This document shows positions 48,820-61,672 of a stretch of 64,000 nt of DNA, piece by piece. Source of the stretch: Felis catus. Taxonomy: Eukaryota. The stretch is from positions 117,430,001 to 117,494,000 of the forward strand of contig NC_058373.1 in NCBI RefSeq assembly GCF_018350175.1, read 5' to 3'. A program made the translations under genes and the position numbers. How positions within the stretch are numbered: the stretch's first letter is position 1; each line of letters opens with the position of its first letter. The notes beneath the pieces are model-generated. The model saw only the letters and a list, made by a program, of their open reading frames with translations. It was not told the origin of the DNA and ran no database searches.

Positions 48820-51545
48820 TACGTATTATTCCCTTCAAATAGTCACCTTGAGAAGTAGCGTATTTATTTTAAGAATGCTGCCATTGCTTTCATTATTTCC
48901 AGAATTTCTCTCTGATAAGAGGTTATATAGCTTCTAGAATTTGCTTAAATATCCTCAACAGAAGCAAAGCCACAAGTCTGTATCCATATCCATATGCACA
49001 CACATACATATATATTGTCAAAATAGATGCTCAGTTTTCTGCTTTGGAGAATAGGGAACTAGTCTACTCAGACCAACTGTCTAGCTGAGAGCAGCTCTAA
49101 AATCCAGGGGAAAAAATAAACTTGATGTTATTGGAGAGTTAACAAGAGAATGAAGAATTACTGAGCCAAGATTCATGATAATGTGAAAATCCATAGATAT
49201 CATCCTGGCTTGGGGGACTATTTACACCATGGGGAAATTTGACAATCCAAAGAGGCAACTGGAAAGCTGAGAAGTGCTTTTGATAATATAATGGGAGGAG
49301 GATAACTAAAATTGGAGCTGAAAGACCACTGAAGATTGGGATTCTGGTAAATTCTCCACTCTTTGGATCAAGACTCTGAAAGGCTAAAAGTGAAGTAAAA
49401 ATACTCAATCTCCACACAGAGTGAGGACCAGCTCCCAGTAACTGACACAGACCCCAAAAATCTAACTTCTTGACGTTGGTGCAAAGTGATCCCAGGTTGT
49501 TAGTGCCCTTTGGCACTGGAAGAAGCAGAGAATTTTATTCTAGTCCTCCAATTATTTCTACCAATGACTTTCCAAACATAAGGGGACATGGTAACATGAA
49601 TGAGAGCTCACAGAAACAACAGATGATGGAAACAAACTCAAAGGAGCTCCAGACTGAAATGATCTGACACTAAAAGGATTGTCATGGCTGTGTTCAAGAA
49701 GATGGAGAGCAAAGAAGAAAATTTCAGCAAAGAACTGCAGACCATAAAAAACCAAAAAACTTATAGAACATTTTTTAATGGAAATTCTAGAACTGGATAA
49801 ACTTAATAACCAGGATTAAGAAGGGAGTGTATGGCTTTAATAGCCTATTAAATGTGGCTGAAAAGAAAATCACTGGACTAGATGGTCGTTTAGAAAAAAA
49901 AAATGAAGAGGAAAAAGATCTGAGAAGAAAGGGCAAAAGGTATAAAATATATGAGAAAGTGAAACGTGTTTCGTTTAATGGAGTCTTCTATGTAGAAAAG
50001 AGAGGGAATGCAGCAGAAACAATATTTGTAGAGTTGACTGAAAATCTTTCCAAAATTAATAATAAAAACCACTAGCCCACAAAGTCAGGAAGCCAACAAT
50101 CCTACAAAAAAAAATTACAGCTAGATAAATTATAGGAAAACTAAAGAAAACCAAAGACAAAGATACAAACTGTAAGGACAGCAAGAGAAAAAAAAAATCA
50201 GATCTAACTGTAAAAAAGCAACAATTAGACCAACAGCTAGTTTTTCTGGAGGAACAGTGAAAACTGAAAGACCAAAAACTGAAGGCAAATAATCGTTCAT
50301 CTAAAATCCTGTACATAGCAAAATTATCCTTATTCCAACAAATGTAACAGCTTAGATAAAAAGTAAAAATTCCTTGACACACAAATTACCAAATCTGACA
50401 TACGAAGAATCTTAAAGTTGAATAGAACATTTCCTGTTTAAAAGAATTGAATTAAAAGTTGAAAATGTCCCCACAGACAAAAATAGGTCAATTGACTTCC
50501 TAGGGAAATTGAATCAAAGATTTAAAGGAAGAAATACCAGTTCTACATTGAGAAGGTGAGAGCACTTCCCAGCTCATTTTCTGAAGCCAAGGTTATTCCG
50601 GTACCCAAAACAGACCAAGACATTACAAGAAAACTAGAGTCCAATGTCTCTCATGAAAACACATGCAAAATGTTAAAACAAAATATTAGCCAATTTGAAT
50701 CAAGCAGTCTTATCTGTCAGGAGTTGGCAAATTTTTCCTTGTAAACCGCCAGGTGGCAAATACTTTAGGCTTAGCAGTCTTCCTTGCAATTATTAGGACT
50801 CTGCCATTGTAATGCAAAAGAAGCCATAGAGAATATGCAAATGAGTAGGGCTGGCTGTATTCCTATGCAACTCTATTGACAAATATACATAGAGGCTATC
50901 CTTGGCCTACACTTACTTGACTTGGGTGTAGCTCATAAACAAGACATTGAGAAAAAAAATAGCAGACGCAAAAAGATATATGCAGTACAATTTCATTTAT
51001 ATAAAATTCAAGAAACAAACTATGGAACAATAGTATTGAGGAATATGGAAGAGGTGGTAAAAATAATAAGAAAAGCATGGAAGTAACTACCATTTACTAC
51101 TAAGGGACAGGGAGTGCATTACAATTGAGACCATGCATCTTGGGAATGTTACAAAAAATTTTTAAACCTCAGTTAATGGTGGCATGAATGTTTTCTTTCA
51201 ATTTAAACTGTGTTGGGTGTGTAATGTTTCACAATAAGAAATAGTTTCTCTTTTGTTCTTTATTATAAAAAGCAATTTCAAGTCAGTTTGATGAATAAGG
51301 TCTGGGGAATGCTAATTGCCAATGCAATTTTGGTTTAAATAAGATCTGACTCTGAATAAATGAAGCTGGGTTTCTTGTTGTCCTTATAAACTTGTTCATG
51401 AGTTTATTTCCGAAGAGGATTTCAAAAAACATTTGTAGCATAGCCAATACTGATTGAAATAAGGGTGTAGCCTCTCAGGGGCCTGGCCAACTCTGAAAAG
51501 GACAATGCTTAATTAAATATTGACTAAGCTGTGTTTGCCTTAACA
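48820..51545. mobile_element. Mariner-type (MARNA-like) relic split by an old L1M (~49080-51240, +)
   Basis: cttcaaatagtcaccttgagaag..tgctgccattgct at 48834, and aagaggatttcaaaaaacatttg..gtgtagcctctcagggg at 51410. L1 ORF1-like A-rich sequence lies between. Confidence 0.6.
50717..50885 (+). mobile_element. MER58A-like hAT relic
   Basis: caggagttggcaaa..ctctgccattgtaatgcaaaagaagccatagag..ggctgtattcc. Confidence 0.8.
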
Positions 51546-54281
51546 AATATAACTCTACTAACACATTTCCTTTAAATGTATGCATTTTAACTTTCTTCTG
51601 ATGAAGTTCATTTTAGTAACAACATCCTGAAATCCTGTCAAGTTATAATTGTGAAAGCAAAAAGCATAACTGGTATTCTTGGCTTTTGTGCCATTAAAAT
51701 CTTACTCTAAATGTCACATTAATTCATCTTTTTCAAATTTTTCCTTGTTTGATTTTTTTTCCTTTGAGAAGAAATGCTAAGTGGAATGAAAGCAGAAAAA
51801 GATAGCTCATTTATTAAAAGCGAAACTATACCACACAACCTTCTAATGTGTTCTCTAAAAAAAATTTTTTAAACACTTCTATTAAAAAGTCTGTCTCAGA
51901 GTGAGATAAAATGTAAGAAGAGAATGAGTCCGCATTTATTGTAACTGATCCAGGGTCACTGGTTTCTTTTCTAAAGAAAGAATCGGGAAACCGCTGTGGA
52001 CACCATCTCCTGTAACAAAGGGTGTTGGGCTAGCAACAATGACTGTTGATTTCACTGAATCCAAAGACAGAAAAGCAAACCCTGTGATGGCTAGATGTGT
52101 TGCTGGTAGGAAGCCTATGTAAAGATGGTGAACATAGAGACCGTTTGTTTGCAGCTTAGCAACTTGTGTAGTTGATTTTGTCATTCTATTCTACTGAGAA
52201 CAATGGTACCCGATAAAGCTTTAATTTACGGAAACACAAAACATTGTTACTGGCATATTAAAACCGTTATGGCATGTGTTCCATATTTAAAAATTTAGGG
52301 CCAAATTTAGAAGTTGTCATTATGTCATTTCCGAAGGCTATTTTTCCCCCCTAAACATATTCACTTTAATATGTTTTGTGCAAAGAAAGCCTAACTCTTG
52401 CCTCACTTGCACTCAGAGGAAATTTGAAGTTATTTTTATATAATATCAGATACTAATACTTTACCTAGTTAATGGTTCTAAGACATCATTTTCTAGACCC
52501 AAGAACACTATCATTGACTAGGATCTTCTGCAGAGTTCTACCTTCAGGTAATATGTCCCTGGAGCATTATTTTCCTAAGAATTAACGATGGCAGCAACGT
52601 TTATTGAGCTCATCATAGCTAATATTGTTGACTATCACTATTGTCTAAAACACTCCCACTTTTATCCTGATACATACGAGCAAACTGCTGGAATGGAGGG
52701 TGGGTTGGAAAGTCCTTAGAAGGCACTCTCCAGAGTCACTATTTATAGATTTTCCTAAACAACACTTCCTAAATCCAAGTATTTCCTCCCTTTAAACCAA
52801 GTAAGGAGGGCTCCAAGAAAATCACTGGTGATGATTAGGGGGTGCCACAAGAAAGGACATATTTAGTTCTCTCCCTAACTAGATTCTTGCTGAGCTGTTG
52901 AACCCATGGTTCTCTCCTGCTTCTGCCACCAAGAAGGAAAATATGGAAGAGTTCATGGGAAGCTTGGCAGGTTCCTTTCTGAGTTTGTGGCTGTATGTGA
53001 ACCAAGGATGTCTGCTTCTTGAACCAAAGAGGCTGGATGGGGCAATCCATCACCACAGTGGGCAATCAGGGCCCACAGTGTGGTATGATACCTGAACAGA
53101 AAAATAGGGAACTCTGACCTCTGACCCCCAGGATCCCTGTGGCCCTTGGAGGCTCAAGGAAGGATCTCCATGGAAATTGAAAAAGAGATGGAGAGAGGAG
53201 AAATAGAGGAGCAGAACTTACCCTCTTCCACTACAAGACCCTCTGGACAAGGCTGGTAGAAAAGAAAGAAAGAAGAGTGAATTGGGATTTAAATTTTAAA
53301 TAGAACTGATCGCAAGGAGTCAGAAAGCTAAAGGCTCTGCCCAAGAAGTCATTAAACAAGGGCAGCGGAGATCTGACTTTTCATGTTTTAGGACGGTGAT
53401 CAGAAAAGCAAAATCATTTCACGTTTGTACCTCATTTCATTCATATTGTTCAATAAACTGTATATAATACTGAATGACAAAAGGAAGCTGGGACTTCTGT
53501 CTCTGACCAAATAGCCAACTCGATGTCAAAAGAGTACTGTTTGATGCAGAACACAGAACTGGTGAGAATGAAAAGGAAATCTTTAGAGGCCATCAGCTCT
53601 AAAGATGAGAAATCCAGAGAAAGTGAGAATCCAGAAAAGTTAATGAGTATTAGATCAGCCTTTTTTTAGAGGACATCTGTTAATCCTGCGTAGTCCAGAG
53701 CCTGGATTTTAAGAGCCATGTATGTGGGTGTCAAGAAGCAAAATTGAGTAGGGAGATGGTATCTTCATAGATTCCTGAGGGGCAGTGCCATCATTGGGTG
53801 AACCAGAAAAAAAAAAAAAAATGAGCCTCAGAAAAGGAGATTTTAGCCTGGGTTATTATTAGAGTAATAGAAAGGGCAAAAAGTACCTCCCCAGCTAATT
53901 CATAATTCCAGATTCTAAGTCTCCTCTTGCTGTTGTGTGTCGCCAAACTCCCTGGGACCAACAGGCACCAAGCAAAAAATATAAAATTTCTCCATTTCAG
54001 TACTGCCTCCAGCTACCCAGCAAACACACCTCCTCTATGGAGGAACACACTTTAAATATGGACGTCAAAAATTCCCAGAAAAAAAAAAAAACACTAGAAA
54101 TGTAAGAAAACAAACCAACGAGTGAAGGTCAGAGAAAGCACAAACATAGAATAAAGATTGTGGGTGCTGGATTTATCGTATATGAACATAGAATAATTAT
54201 TAGGTCAGAACATAAGAAATTGCCATTTTTGTAGCTCAAAACTGGTCAAATATCTGCAATCTCATATGTTTACCCTAATAT

Positions 54282-54497
54282 ATTTTTTTTATTTTTTTAA
54301 CAGTTATTTATTTATTTTTGAGGGAGAGAGAGAGACAGCACGAGCTGGGGAGGGGCAGAGAGAGAAGGGGACAGAGGATCTGAAGCAGGCTCCACACTAT
54401 CAGCACAGAGCCCAATACAGGGCTCGAACCCACGAACCGTGAGATCATGACCTGAGCCAAAGTCAGATGCTTAACTGACTAAGCCACCCAGGCGCCC
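54282..54497 (-). mobile_element. Can-SINE followed by a ~90 bp L1 3' tip (54512-54604, -)
   Basis: TSD cctaatatat; tcaggagtagaacctagtgattcatctcttacatatgacacc. Confidence 0.92.
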
Positions 54498-55727
54498 TAA
54501 CCTAATATATATATTTTTTTAATTTAAATTACATTAGTTAACATACGGTCTAGTCTTGACCTCAGGAGTAGAACCTAGTGATTCATCTCTTACATATGAC
54601 ACCTATAAGTTAAATATTAGTTAACCTAATATTTTTAAAGACATGAGATGGTATTGGAAGTATTTTGGAGGACCAAAGATCATGTACTCTCAAAAAAACA
54701 CTAGAAGCTTTGATAAAGAGTCAAATAGAATCTCTAGAGACAAAAAACATAATGGTTGAAGTTAGAAAATTGAAATGTTAAACAGCAGATTTGGCATAGC
54801 TAAAAAGAAAAATAGCAAGCTAGAAGGTTGAGTGGATGAAAGTGCTCAGAATGCAGTATTGGAAAGCAAAAATATAAATAATATGAAAAAGAAGTTAAAG
54901 ACTCAGAGAAAAAAGTGAGAAATTCTAACAAATTTTGAGAAGGAAATGAGAGAAAATAGGAAGGGTAACTCATCCCCATTTTCTTTATTATTTCCTTTTT
55001 GATTTAAAGGTATAATCACTGATCATTTTCCAAAGTTGATTAAAAGAGTCAACCCTCAAATTCCAAAATTCAAATTCCAAGCAAGATAAATGAAAGTAAA
55101 TCTGTATCTAGCTACACTGACATCAAATTGCAGGAACACACACCAAAAAAGAAAAGAAACTAAGAAAAAAGAAAAAAACTGGAAAACAAAAGAAAAACAA
55201 CTAGAAAAGAAAACAAAACAAAAAAGAAAACAACTAGAGAGAAAAGACAGATTGCTCATCTAAAAGAGGACCTCTTGTGCAGTGACTTCCCATGTGTCAA
55301 AATGGGAACTAGCTGGCAATGAAGGGAAATCTTCAAAATATTTAGAGAAAGTAACAACCACCTTAAAGTTCTGCATGCATGAAATTATTTTTCAACAAGA
55401 GTAGAACTATCTCATAAAAACTGAAGAAACTGTATTCTTAACATGCATTTACCAAGGGAATTTCTATAGAACATATTTCAGGAAGAAGGAAAATTATCCC
55501 AGGGGAAGTCTGAGAATGGTTAAGTAAGGAATGTGATTTAAGTACGGGTTAATTTGAGACAAACATGGGCTACATAAAGCAAAACCCATAATCTCCAGTG
55601 TGAGGGATGAATAAAAAAAAGTATTCCTAAATACTGGAAAATAATTGAGAGGGAGTCGATCAGTTAACAGTATAAAGGTCCTGTATTGCTTGGAAACAGG
55701 ATAAAGATACTTAATAGTTCTAGACTG

Positions 55728-55925
55728 GTACTGTCCACGATGGTAGCCATTAGCCACATAAGGCTTTTAAAATCAAAATTAAACAAAATATAAAAATTCA
55801 GTTCCTTAGTTGTACTAGTTTCATTCCAAGTACTCAATAGCCACCTGTGGGTAGTGGCTACCACACTGGTCAGGACAGAAATAGAACATTCCCATAATTG
55901 AAGAAATGTCAGTTGGATAGCCCTG
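55728..55925 (-). mobile_element. MER3-like hAT relic
   Basis: ggtagccattagccacat..aattcagttcc..ctcaatagccacctgtgggtagtggctacc..tagaacattccc. Confidence 0.85.
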
Positions 55926-55949
55926 CGTAGACTTTAACATTTATATGTG

Positions 55950-56442
55950 GGTGTTAGTTGCCCATTGCTGCTGTAACAGATTACCACAAAGAGTGGCTAA
56001 TCAATACAAATTTATTATCTTGCAGTTCCAAGTGTCAGAAGTCTGAAATGGATCTTAATAGGGCTAAAATTAAGGTATTGGTAGGACTGTGTTCCTTCTA
56101 GAAGCTCTAGGGGAGAATATGTTTCTTGTCTTTTCCAGCTTCTAGAAGCTGCCCACATTCCTTGCCTCATGACACCCTCCATCTTTAAGTCCAGCAACGC
56201 CTAGCTGAGCCTTTCTTGGGCTGTATGGCTTCAACACAGAGTCTTCTGCCTCAGTGTCTCCCTCCTCTACAAAGAACCCTTGTAACTATGTTGGGCCCAC
56301 CCAGATAGTCCAGGATAATCTCCCCCATCTCAAGATCCTTAATTACATATGCCAAATCACTTTTATCACATAAGGTAATATATTCACAGTTTTCAGGAAA
56401 AGTATGTGGATATCTTTGGAGGCCATTCGTCTACCTACCACA
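55950..56442 (-). mobile_element. MLT1D-like solo LTR
   Basis: ttgctgctgtaacagattaccacaaa..ctccccatctcaagatccttaatt..cctaccaca. Confidence 0.88.
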
Positions 56443-56556
56443 ATGTGTATTAAAATTTCTAGAAACCATGAAACAAGTCTCAACAAATTTTAAAGATCTG
56501 GTGTTGTATAGACCATATTATGGTCTATCCTACAGCAATACAATTAACCTTGTGGT

Positions 56557-56690
56557 AATAGTAATAATAATAATAATAATAGAAGAGGAAGAGGAAGGAG
56601 GAGAAGGAGAAGGAGAAGAAGGAGAAGGAGGAGAAGAAGAAGAAGAAGAAGAAGAAGAAGAAGAAGAAGAAGAAGAAGAAGAAGAAGAAA
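56557..56690. repeat. (TAA)n followed by a (GAA/GGA)n purine tract
   Basis: Direct reading. Confidence 0.97.
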
Positions 56691-57264
56691 CAAATAAGAT
56701 TGGAAATTTAAAGCATACTTCACAATACCTCAGATCAGAGAAAAATTATGATAGAAATTAGTAAATACTTAAAACTAAACAAAAATTTAAGACTTCATTT
56801 CAAAACTTGTAGAATCTGGATACAGTGGTACTTAGAGGGAAATTAATTGCTGAGAACAAATGAACTACGCTTCTAATTTGAGAAGTATAAAAACAACAGA
56901 ATAAACCAGTAAGTAGACAAAGTAAAGACAATAAATTGACAGAACAGAAAAATAGATCAATAAGAGCCAAATTGTCTTTGAAACAATTGGCCACGTTGAC
57001 AAACCTTAGGTAAGATTAATTTGAGAGAAACAGAAAGATGTGTATCAGAACGAATAAATATCAGAATGAAAAGGACATGTAACACAGATGTAGAAGAGAT
57101 TAAAAGATGTTCAGAGTGTATATTAAACAGCTTTACGCCCCAAACTGAGAATTTCTGTAAAGTGAGCAAATTTTTAGAAAACGATAAATTACCAAAAATG
57201 ACTCAACAAATTTTTATGAATATTTCCAGAACTTTTAGTGAATGTTTTAAAATATCCCCATAGG

Positions 57265-57480
57265 GAGGGGCGCCTGAGTGGCTCAGTCAGTTAAGTGTCC
57301 AACTTCGGCTCGGGTCATGATCTCACAGTCCGTGAGTTGGAGCTCTGTGTCGGGCTCTGTGCTGACAGCTCAGAGCCTGGAACCTGCTTCGGATTCTGTG
57401 TCTCCCTCTCTCTCTACCCCTCCCCTGCTCTCAGTCTCTCTCTCTCTCTCTCTCAAAAATAAACAGCAAAAACAATTTTT
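57265..57480 (+). mobile_element. Can-SINE
   Basis: Full head, CT tract and tail. Confidence 0.95.
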
Positions 57481-58014
57481 AAATCCCTACAAATACTACT
57501 AGTTCCAGGTTCTTACTTATAGGTTCTGCAGACATTCAAGAAACACAAAAATTCAATCTTACACAAACTCTGAAACAATAGAAAAAAGATAATTTCTCAC
57601 TTCATTATATAGGATTAATTCAAATTTGCTATCAAAACCAGACAGCGCCAGTATGACAAAGGGAAATTATAGCCCAATTTCTTTCATGAACACAGAGGGA
57701 GAAAATCGTAAACAAAATAATAGAAACTAAATCTAGAAACACTGAAAAAGGGGAAAAAATCATAGTTTTTGTGGGGTAAGAAAATAGAAACTAGAAGAGA
57801 GGGACTACCTCTTATAGAGGGGGTAAAATACTAGGGATGGAGACACAGGGGGTCACAAAGGGACTGGTATCACTGTCTTGCTTTTATTGGGTAATGGGTC
57901 CATTGGTGATCAATTACCACTATGTATTTAACAGTAGCATCGTTTAGAGTTAAATGGTGACATCTATACTCTAAGTATGTCTATACTTTATACTTTCTAT
58001 GTGTATGTGTGTAT

Positions 58015-58590
58015 ATATTTTTGAGATATCATTGGCACGTGACATGATATTAGTTTCAGGTGTACAACATAATGATATGATATTTGTACATATTGTGAAA
58101 TGATCACCACAGTGAGTCTAGTTAACGTCCATCACCACATAGAGTTATACTCTCTTTCTTGTGATGAGGGCTTTTAAGATCTACGCTCTCAGCAACTTTT
58201 CAAATATATAATGCCGTATTGTGAACTACAGTCACCATGCTGTACATGACATCCCCTGACTTATTTACTTATAACTGGAAGTTTGTACCTTTTGACCTTC
58301 TTTACGCATTTTGCAAACCCCTTACCCACCACCTCTGGCAACTGCCAAGATTTTGTCTGTATCTGTGAATTCAGCTTTTTTGTTTGCTTGCTTGCTTTTC
58401 AGAATCCACATGTAAGAGAGATCATATGGTATTTGTCTTTCTCCGTTTCCATCACTTACATCACTTAGTATAGTGCCCTGTAGGTCCATCCATGTTGTTG
58501 CAAGTGACAAGATTCCCTTCTTTTTTATGGCCAAATAATATTCCATTGTGTATATAAACCACATCTTTATTCATTTATCCATTAATTGTC
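58015..58590 (-). mobile_element. L1 3' end (L1MA/carnivore type)
   Basis: MEYYLAIKK..ATTWMDL peptide and 3' UTR. Confidence 0.9.
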
Positions 58591-58639
58591 AGTCCTTTTA
58601 TGTATATATTGGCGATGTATTGTTCAGGAGTTTACAACT

Positions 58640-58790
58640 GTATATATGTATACAACTATATATGTATATACAACTATATATGTATATACATATACATATA
58701 CATATATATACATATATATACATATACATATATACATATACATATATACATATATACATATATACATATATACATATATATATATACACA
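58640..58790. repeat. (TACATA)/(TA) compound microsatellite
   Basis: Direct reading. Confidence 0.95.
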
Positions 58791-59567
58791 ACCATGTAAA
58801 AATCGTGCATACATGCACTAGTGGATGTGGATGTGTGTGGATGAGTGAGAAAGAGAGAGAAAGAGAGATTGAGGTTGAGATTTTAAAGAAATATAAAATA
58901 AAAGCATATCACAAGATGGAGATAAACAAATGCATTTACTTTTGGAAGATGAACTTGACCCTGCTGTGCTTTTGGATTATACCCAGCCTCATAAATCTAA
59001 CTTCGGGATTTTAGCAGACAGGAGACCACGGAAAAACATTCAAGCTTGTGTATTTTCAGACAGGCTGTCTTACTTTGGGTGTTGTGTGTTTAACCCACAC
59101 TGTCAAGTTTCTGTAAACAAACCTGCAACATGATCCATCTGACTGCTCCCTGGTTATTATTCAATTATCACCTATTCTGCTGATTAACAGTCTCAACCAG
59201 GCGACATTTCCTGCATGGAGCTGACACCCTCCCTTAATGGATCACATGTCCAGATGTAATCAAAACTGTGAAGGGAAAAAGCAGAGAACTTCATCTTCAG
59301 TACAGAGTTCTCTCTCCTAGTTCTTTCTAGTTTATTCTTTCCTGAGGACGGTCATCTATCCTCTAGTGGAGAACCCAGGGCTGGGCTGTAGGAGTCTTCA
59401 CTTCAAATGCAGACATTAAGGATGAGGAGTGGGGGAGACGTTGTCTGTAGAGAATTTTAAAATAAAAAAGGCAATGAAAGTCTTTATGTTACCACCATAC
59501 ATGTCTAAATAAAGTTGGTGTTAAAATACTCCTCTCCCTAAAATTATTGAGTTGGCTTAAGAGTTCT

Positions 59568-59728
59568 TAATTGCTATAGAGCAATTATACTATATACTAT
59601 ATACTATAATACTATACTATATACTATATACTATAGTACTATACTATATACTATATAGTATATATATAGTATACTATATATATAGTACTATACTATATAC
59701 TATATACTATAATTGCTATAGAGCAATT
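59568..59728. repeat. (TATAC/TATAG)n tract bounded by 19-bp direct repeats
   Basis: taattgctatagagcaatt at 59568 and 59710. Confidence 0.9.
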
Positions 59729-60709
59729 GTTACTATTGAGATATAATGTTGTATATGTAAGCTTTAAATTAGTATATTTTAATTACCTATCCTTAATAAC
59801 CTCCTATTCTAGGTGGAAGTTAATCAGAAAACCAATAGTTATTCAGCACTCCCAACACAATTAGCAGAGCGTGCACTCATTTTAAGAGTAAGTGCAGAAC
59901 AGTTTGGAATTAGCCACAGTTCACGTCTGAAACGTCTATGGCACTATTTAAATAGTTTTAATAGATTAAAGTAAACACTGATAGCACAATGAGATGGACT
60001 TAAGCTGTTTCAATTCTGTCATTCTGCGTGACCCTTTGCAGTTTATACTTGAATTTAAATTTTGTGTTTGAAATTGAAAACAGTGAAAAGCGCAAGGTGT
60101 AATATTTCTGTTTGGTAAATGTAAGTTCAATCTATGCACGAAATACTTACTGAATTTTAGAAATAGCCTTAAAAGTGAAATGGCCTCTTTTTGGCCATTT
60201 TTTGGATTTAAAAGTAAGAAAAAAACATCAAGAAAATGACATAGTTACTTAGTGGTATGATTTAGTAACTACCTAAATTGTGGGGTTATTTTTTTTTTTT
60301 TGGTGGATGTTTCTGTTTTATCAAAATTCACTTATTGGTTATTGTCAGTAAGGAGAGGGTGTTAAAACTGACCTGTCCCAACTGTCAGATGCATAGATGT
60401 GCCCTGGAATTATCTTTTCCTTTTAGTTCCCCAGAGTGTCATTGGGAAATCTAGAGCTAAGGGCAGGTGGAAGAGGAGTCTTCTAACTGGAGGGGACATG
60501 GTTTGGATGTTTTTAAAGGAACCTTCAGCTTCAACATATTTCCCCAAACTTGGTCTGCGGGAGAAGCCCTGCTGGCCATTTTGGTTCTACGACAGTCCTT
60601 TTTCCTAAGATGCATGATTCGAGTCTGAGGTTCTGTCAAAAATATATTTAAAGCTTGGGTGTCATATACACCGCACCTGAAACTACATCCTCGCAGCCAT
60701 TCAAGATCC

Positions 60710-60935
60710 TTTAAAAAATTTTTTTTAATGTATATTTATTTTTGAGAGAGAGGGAGACAGAGCATGAGCAGGGGAGGGGAGGGGCAGAGAGAGAGGGAGA
60801 CACAGAATCCGAAGCAGGCTCCAGGCTTTGAACTGTCAGCACAGAGCCCTACGGGGGGCTCGAACCCACGAGCTATGAGATCATGACCTGAGCTGAAGTC
60901 AGACGCTCAACGGACTGAACCACCCAGGTGCCCCC
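60710..60935 (-). mobile_element. Can-SINE
   Basis: TSD caagatcc(c)tttaaa. Confidence 0.96.
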
Positions 60936-61467
60936 AAGATCCCTTTAAATGTTTAGATGTTATGTTAAAATACGTACGGGGGTTCCTAAGTTCTCAGTCC
61001 TCTTTCAGAGATGACATGAGGAAGAAAAGTTCAAGGCTGCCGCTGTCCAACAGTGTTCGCAGACAATGTGCACACGTAGGGGGGGTTTCAGAAGCCAATC
61101 TCCTCCGGGTTGCTTGCAAAAGAATTCTTGAGACAGAAGGTTCAGGCAATTGGGATGTATTCCTTAAATCACATAGTAAAGAGCTGTGTTATTGGGAGTC
61201 TGTTTGCTCCTGGTTCACCAGACTTAATATATGTTTTCTTATTTAATGGTCCAAACAATGAAGTGAAGCTTTGCTAAGTGGGGCTCTTCTGAGGAAGGTG
61301 CAGCTGACTGACCCTGCCGGCCCCCATCCCCCCAGGGGTTGTTTAGCGGTGGGGCTGAAATTCTCACCCAGCCAGCCTTGGGCATGGCTTCACCTCCTCT
61401 CTCACATTTTTACGGCTGGCTTTGATCTTCAATGTAATGCTGAACAAAGAATTTCAGTGGGGGGGGG

Positions 61468-61672
61468 GGGGGCACCTGCGGGGCTTAGTCAGTTAAGCAT
61501 CTGACTTTGGCTCATGGTCAGGATCTCCTGGTTTGTGAGTTCCAGCCCTGCATCAGGCAGGCTCTCTGCTGTCGGCAGAGACGCCCCTTCAGGTCCCCTG
61601 TCCCCCTCTTTCTCTGCCCCTCTCCAGCTCATTGACTCTAAACAAACAAACGAACAAACTTTAAAAAAAAAG
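61468..61672 (+). mobile_element. Can-SINE, diverged
   Basis: TSD aagaat(t/c)tcagtggg. Confidence 0.92.

Larger units (their letters stand above)
53480..57930 (+). mobile_element. Ancient fragmented L1M with nested elements
   Basis: A-rich ORF1-like (54650-55500) and ORF2-like (56460-57750) decayed sequence. Confidence 0.7.

Noticed and set aside
52650..53470. Possible old LTR-like element
   Set aside because: LTR-like feel (aataaa near the end), but I could not assign a family or termini with confidence.
56468..56761. ORF with poly-I/poly-E tract
   Set aside because: Translation of (TAA)n/(GAA)n microsatellites within an old L1.
58548..59014. YIYI/HTHT-rich ORFs (also 6736-7101 and 28547-28902)
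   Set aside because: Microsatellite translations.
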